Of a stretch of DNA of 64,000 nt, positions 60,742 to 64,000 are shown in pieces. The stretch covers positions 64,001 to 128,000 of the forward strand of contig CAWJKT010000011.1 of assembly GCA_963843375.1 (NCBI GenBank), written 5' to 3'. The stretch comes from an uncultured Pseudomonadota bacterium. Lineage in GTDB: Bacteria > Oederibacteriota > Muellerivitia > Muellerivitales > Muellerivitaceae. The translations under genes and the position numbers were made by a program. Numbering within the stretch: position 1 is the stretch's first letter; every line of letters starts with the position of its first letter. The notes beneath the pieces are model-generated. The model made no database searches, had not been told where the DNA came from, and was given only the letters and a program-made list of their open reading frames with translations.

Positions 60742-62178
60742 TTAACTCGATCCTCGATCATTCCAACCTAACTCAAAAGATGAAAGCAACATCGCCATGG
60801 AAAAGACCGAAAGAGTAACCGTTGGATACAAAAACCGGAAGTCACTTCCGGTTGCACAAAGAAAGTAGGCACACCCGTAAAAAAGAGCTGATAGAGCGCT
60901 ATAAACTGAAATTTCGCTAAAAATGGTCCCCCGGAAGCGGTTAAACGACGCGAGGAAAATTACTCCTATCGATAAAAGAAAGTAGAACCACCCTTTGAAA
61001 AGAAAGGAGTTTCCGAAAAACCAAAAGTAATATTTTAATGAAACCCTTAATTTGGCGATGCCTTGTTCTTTTAAACCAAAGGGGTTGGGGTTGACCGCCA
61101 GTTGGAAGGGGTAATAAGTTTCGGTTTGTCCAATCCGAATCAGGCCGTTAAAAACCGCCCATCTGTGCTGGAAATAGGCGGTGGGAAAATGGAAGATGGC
61201 TTCCTTCCATTTAGCTTGAAGTTCATCTAACTGTGAAAGATCCGTTGTGGGTCGTACAAGATCGTTTCTAAAAAGGCCCGTCCATAAAAGATTGAGATTA
61301 GTGGGGTCGTAATTTTCGCGCAATAATTCCGGAGTCAGATCCGGATTCATTTTTTTCCAGTAGTCTGGAATCAGCCCCTCGTCCCCGGTCCGGACAAAAA
61401 TCCCCACAATGTCGTGAATTTTAATCGCCTGTTCTACATGGGTCTTTTGGGCTTTCAGAAAACCGTAGACGAAAAGATGCACCGCGATGAGACTGGTGCC
61501 GATGATGAGAGAAGTTCTCATCAGAGAGGGAAGAAAAGATTTTCCACCTTCCTTTCTTGTTGCTACATACCATGCCAAAGGCAATAAGGCAGGCAGAGAA
61601 TTGAAACGGATGGCCGTGCAATAAAAAAATAATAAAGCGGCCACTGAAAACAAAACATAATCGAAAGCCGCCAGATTCTTTTTCTGCCATGGTTTTTCAA
61701 GCCCGATGCGAAAGGCGAATAAGTATGCCCCCAACAAGCCAATCGAAAGCTCCGTGTCTTTCCAAAGAACAACGGATTGGGACCAAAGGGGTGGTAGGGC
61801 CGCCAGGCTTAATGCCACCAGCTTCCATTTCAAGTTTTTGAAAGTCATTAGGGAAAGAAGGCACCAAAAAAACCAATAAAGAATGTTGTTTAAAATGAAG
61901 AGGGAACCGGGGCAGTGAGTAACCGAAAGCAAGAAACGCCAAAGGGCCGCCATGATAGGCGGATGTAAATCGGAAAAATGTCCTGAAAGAGCCTGTGAGT
62001 ATTGGTAAAGGGTGTCAGTCGACATCTCACCTGGGTAAAAAGCGAAAATCGTTAAGAGGAAGAAGAGGATTGATAAAATGATGAGGAACTGGTTTTCCCA
62101 CGCAAAGACCCAAGAATTAAACCATGGCTTTATTGAGGCCTTTGTCCGGTTAAGGGGCAAGGTCATTTGTTGCTTCAT
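60742..62178 (-). CDS. polytopic membrane hypothetical protein (GT-C-like)
   Basis: YPGEMSTDT, HPP, WKD, IRFN and DFRF motifs with about 10 TMs and a large loop. Confidence 0.65.
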   Translation of the reverse strand: MKQQMTLPLNRTKASIKPWFNSWVFAWENQFLIILSILFFLLTIFAFYPGEMSTDTLYQYSQALSGHFSDLHPPIMAALWRFLLSVTHCPGSLFILNNILYWFFWCLLSLMTFKNLKWKLVALSLAALPPLWSQSVVLWKDTELSIGLLGAYLFAFRIGLEKPWQKKNLAAFDYVLFSVAALLFFYCTAIRFNSLPALLPLAWYVATRKEGGKSFLPSLMRTSLIIGTSLIAVHLFVYGFLKAQKTHVEQAIKIHDIVGIFVRTGDEGLIPDYWKKMNPDLTPELLRENYDPTNLNLLWTGLFRNDLVRPTTDLSQLDELQAKWKEAIFHFPTAYFQHRWAVFNGLIRIGQTETYYPFQLAVNPNPFGLKEQGIAKLRVSLKYYFWFFGNSFLFKGWFYFLLSIGVIFLASFNRFRGTIFSEISVYSALSALFYGCAYFLCATGSDFRFLYPTVTLSVFSMAMLLSSFELGWNDRGSS

Positions 62179-62401
62179 CTAATTTTTTACTCCCCTCATT
62201 CCCCAAAAAATCATTCCTTCACCCGATCGAACGATGCTTTATTATACTTAAATGGAAATTCAATCCGGGGATTTCAGGCTTGGAGCGCAATCAAAATTGA
62301 TCGTTATCGTTTCCAGGCGGTTTTAAGCCTATGTGGTTTAACGGCATCTCTTCGCTCAAGCCGCAGGTCCCCTGTGACGTGTCCCGGAGTTAGGAGTAAA
62401 A

Positions 62402-64000
62402 ATGCTATCCGCCACTGATCCTGAATCCCAACGCCTCAACCTTTTCGTCAAAGGCAACCATCCCTGGAAAAAATGGGGGCCCTACCTTTCGGAACGGCAA
62501 TGGGGCACGGTAAGAGAGGATTATTCCCCCAACGGCACTTGCTGGGACTATTTCCCACATGATCAGGCCCGAAGCCGGGCCTATCGCTGGGGAGAGGACG
62601 GTCTGCTGGGATTGTCAGATACCAAGGGATTGGTTTGTTTCGCCACCGCCCTTTGGAATGGAAAGGACCCCATCCTTAAAGAACGTCTATTCGGCCTGAA
62701 TGGAGAAGAGGGTAACCATGGGGAGGATGTGAAAGAGTCCTATTTTTACCTCTCCGCTTCGCCTACCCATTCCTATATGAAAGCCCTCTATAAATATCCA
62801 CAGGCGGAATTTCCTTACGCTTGGTTGGTAGAAGAAAACCGAAGAAGGGGCAAAAAGGACCCGGAATTCGAACTAGCCGACACGGGAGTTTTCAACGAAA
62901 ACCGTTACTTCGATTTTTTCGTGGAATACGCCAAGGCTTCGCCCGACGACATCTTGATCCGTTTGACTGCAGTGAATCGGGGGCCTGAAACTGTCTCTTT
63001 ACAGGTGCTTCCAACTCTGTGGTTTCGCAACACATGGGATTGGGGTCGAACCCAAGAAGACTATTGGCCTAAATCGGTCATTCAAAAAGGTAAGGACGGA
63101 ATTTCTCTCCAGCACCCGGCCTTAGGGTCTTTGTTCCTCAAAGCCGAAGGTAAACCCGAAATTTTATTCACCGAGAACGAGACCAATTTCGAGAGGATAT
63201 TCCAATCAAAAAACAAATCACCTTATGTAAAAGACGCTTTTCATGAGGCTTTGATAAAGGGAAAACAAGGGATTGTCCATTCCAGCCAAGGAACTAAAGC
63301 GGCTTTTAGTTACAAACTCAACCTGTCACCGAAGGGACAACAAGTTTTACGGCTTCGACTTAGTGACCAAGATATTCCCCAAGCTTTCGGGTCCGATTTC
63401 GACCGAGTCTTCGAGGATAGGATCAACGAAACCAAGGCCTATTACGACCTAAAGATACCCAAGGGACTTTCCGGGGAGGAAAGGGTTGTGGCGGAGCAGG
63501 CCTACGCGGGGCTTTTATGGTCCAAACAATATTACTATTACCAAGTGGATGAATGGCTGGAGGGCGATCCCACACAGCCGCCGGTGGACGAAAACCGAAA
63601 AAAAAATCGCAACCATGACTGGCGCCATTTCGGGGCGGAGGACGTCCTTTCTATGCCCGACAATTGGGAGTATCCCTGGTTCGCAGCCTGGGACCTGGCC
63701 TTTCATACTATTCCTTTCGCGCGGCTGGACCCCTTTTTCGCCAAGCATCAGCTCATCCTTCTATTGCGAGAATGGTATATGCATCCCAACGGCCAGATCC
63801 CGGCCTACGAATTCGCCTTTTCGGACGTCAACCCGCCCCTACACGCCTGGGCCGCTTGGCGGGTCTATAAGATCAGCGCTCCCAAGGGACAAAGGGACCG
63901 GATGTTCCTTTCCCGGGTCTTCCAAAAGCTCCTTCTCAACTTCACCTGGTGGGTCAACCGGAAGGACGCGGAGGGAAATAACCTTTTTTCAGGCGGATTC
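62402..64000 (+). CDS. MGH1-like/GH63 glucosidase, 3'-truncated by the window
   Basis: AGGAG RBS; manual translation [70 protein letters not shown]. It has no stop in the window, so it is missing from the ORF track. Confidence 0.93.
   Translation, partial: MLSATDPESQRLNLFVKGNHPWKKWGPYLSERQWGTVREDYSPNGTCWDYFPHDQARSRAYRWGEDGLLGLSDTKGLVCFATALWNGKDPILKERLFGLNGEEGNHGEDVKESYFYLSASPTHSYMKALYKYPQAEFPYAWLVEENRRRGKKDPEFELADTGVFNENRYFDFFVEYAKASPDDILIRLTAVNRGPETVSLQVLPTLWFRNTWDWGRTQEDYWPKSVIQKGKDGISLQHPALGSLFLKAEGKPEILFTENETNFERIFQSKNKSPYVKDAFHEALIKGKQGIVHSSQGTKAAFSYKLNLSPKGQQVLRLRLSDQDIPQAFGSDFDRVFEDRINETKAYYDLKIPKGLSGEERVVAEQAYAGLLWSKQYYYYQVDEWLEGDPTQPPVDENRKKNRNHDWRHFGAEDVLSMPDNWEYPWFAAWDLAFHTIPFARLDPFFAKHQLILLLREWYMHPNGQIPAYEFAFSDVNPPLHAWAAWRVYKISAPKGQRDRMFLSRVFQKLLLNFTWWVNRKDAEGNNLFSGGF

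Overview
This is a 64 kb window of bacterial chromosome from a diderm (Gram-negative-type) organism. It encodes TolC, TonB/ExbBD, several outer-membrane barrels and lipoproteins. The Thr/Pro-linker surface proteins, one carrying a FlgD/T9SS-like C-terminal domain, suggest a poorly studied, probably uncultured lineage; this is inference only. About 55 CDS were found, and no rRNA, tRNA, CRISPR array or intact mobile element was seen. Housekeeping and metabolic genes include trmL, mscL, lipA, an ssuCBA-like ABC importer, pncA/pncB, a TatT-type TRAP (TPAT) transporter, pcm, and a glucose dehydrogenase/debranching enzyme/GH63 cluster. There are many secreted beta-propeller proteins (Kelch, SBBP, NHL, PQQ-GSDH), plus a TetR-ECF-TolC-RND-ExbBD-TonB-TBDR locus. 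Several genes carry +1 indels, mostly in short homopolymers, which look like assembly error. The most notable observation is an orphan 271-aa protein (18650..19465) that is a tandem duplication of the SpeD/AdoMet-decarboxylase fold. Its two halves have lost complementary active-site residues, the same split architecture as the eukaryotic enzyme, and it lacks the SAM-ribose-binding Glu. Other candidates are a PorV/FadL-like barrel cassette next to a CTD-bearing cargo protein and a shared ECF-type promoter upstream of four secreted-protein genes (one an unlisted Asr-like peptide). Also noted are a catalytically dead RAYT/TnpA at the end of the lipA-ssu operon, an adaptor-less TolC-RND pair joined to a Ton system, and an eroded Mrp B/C/D module. 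All calls come from reading motifs by eye; no database search was run.
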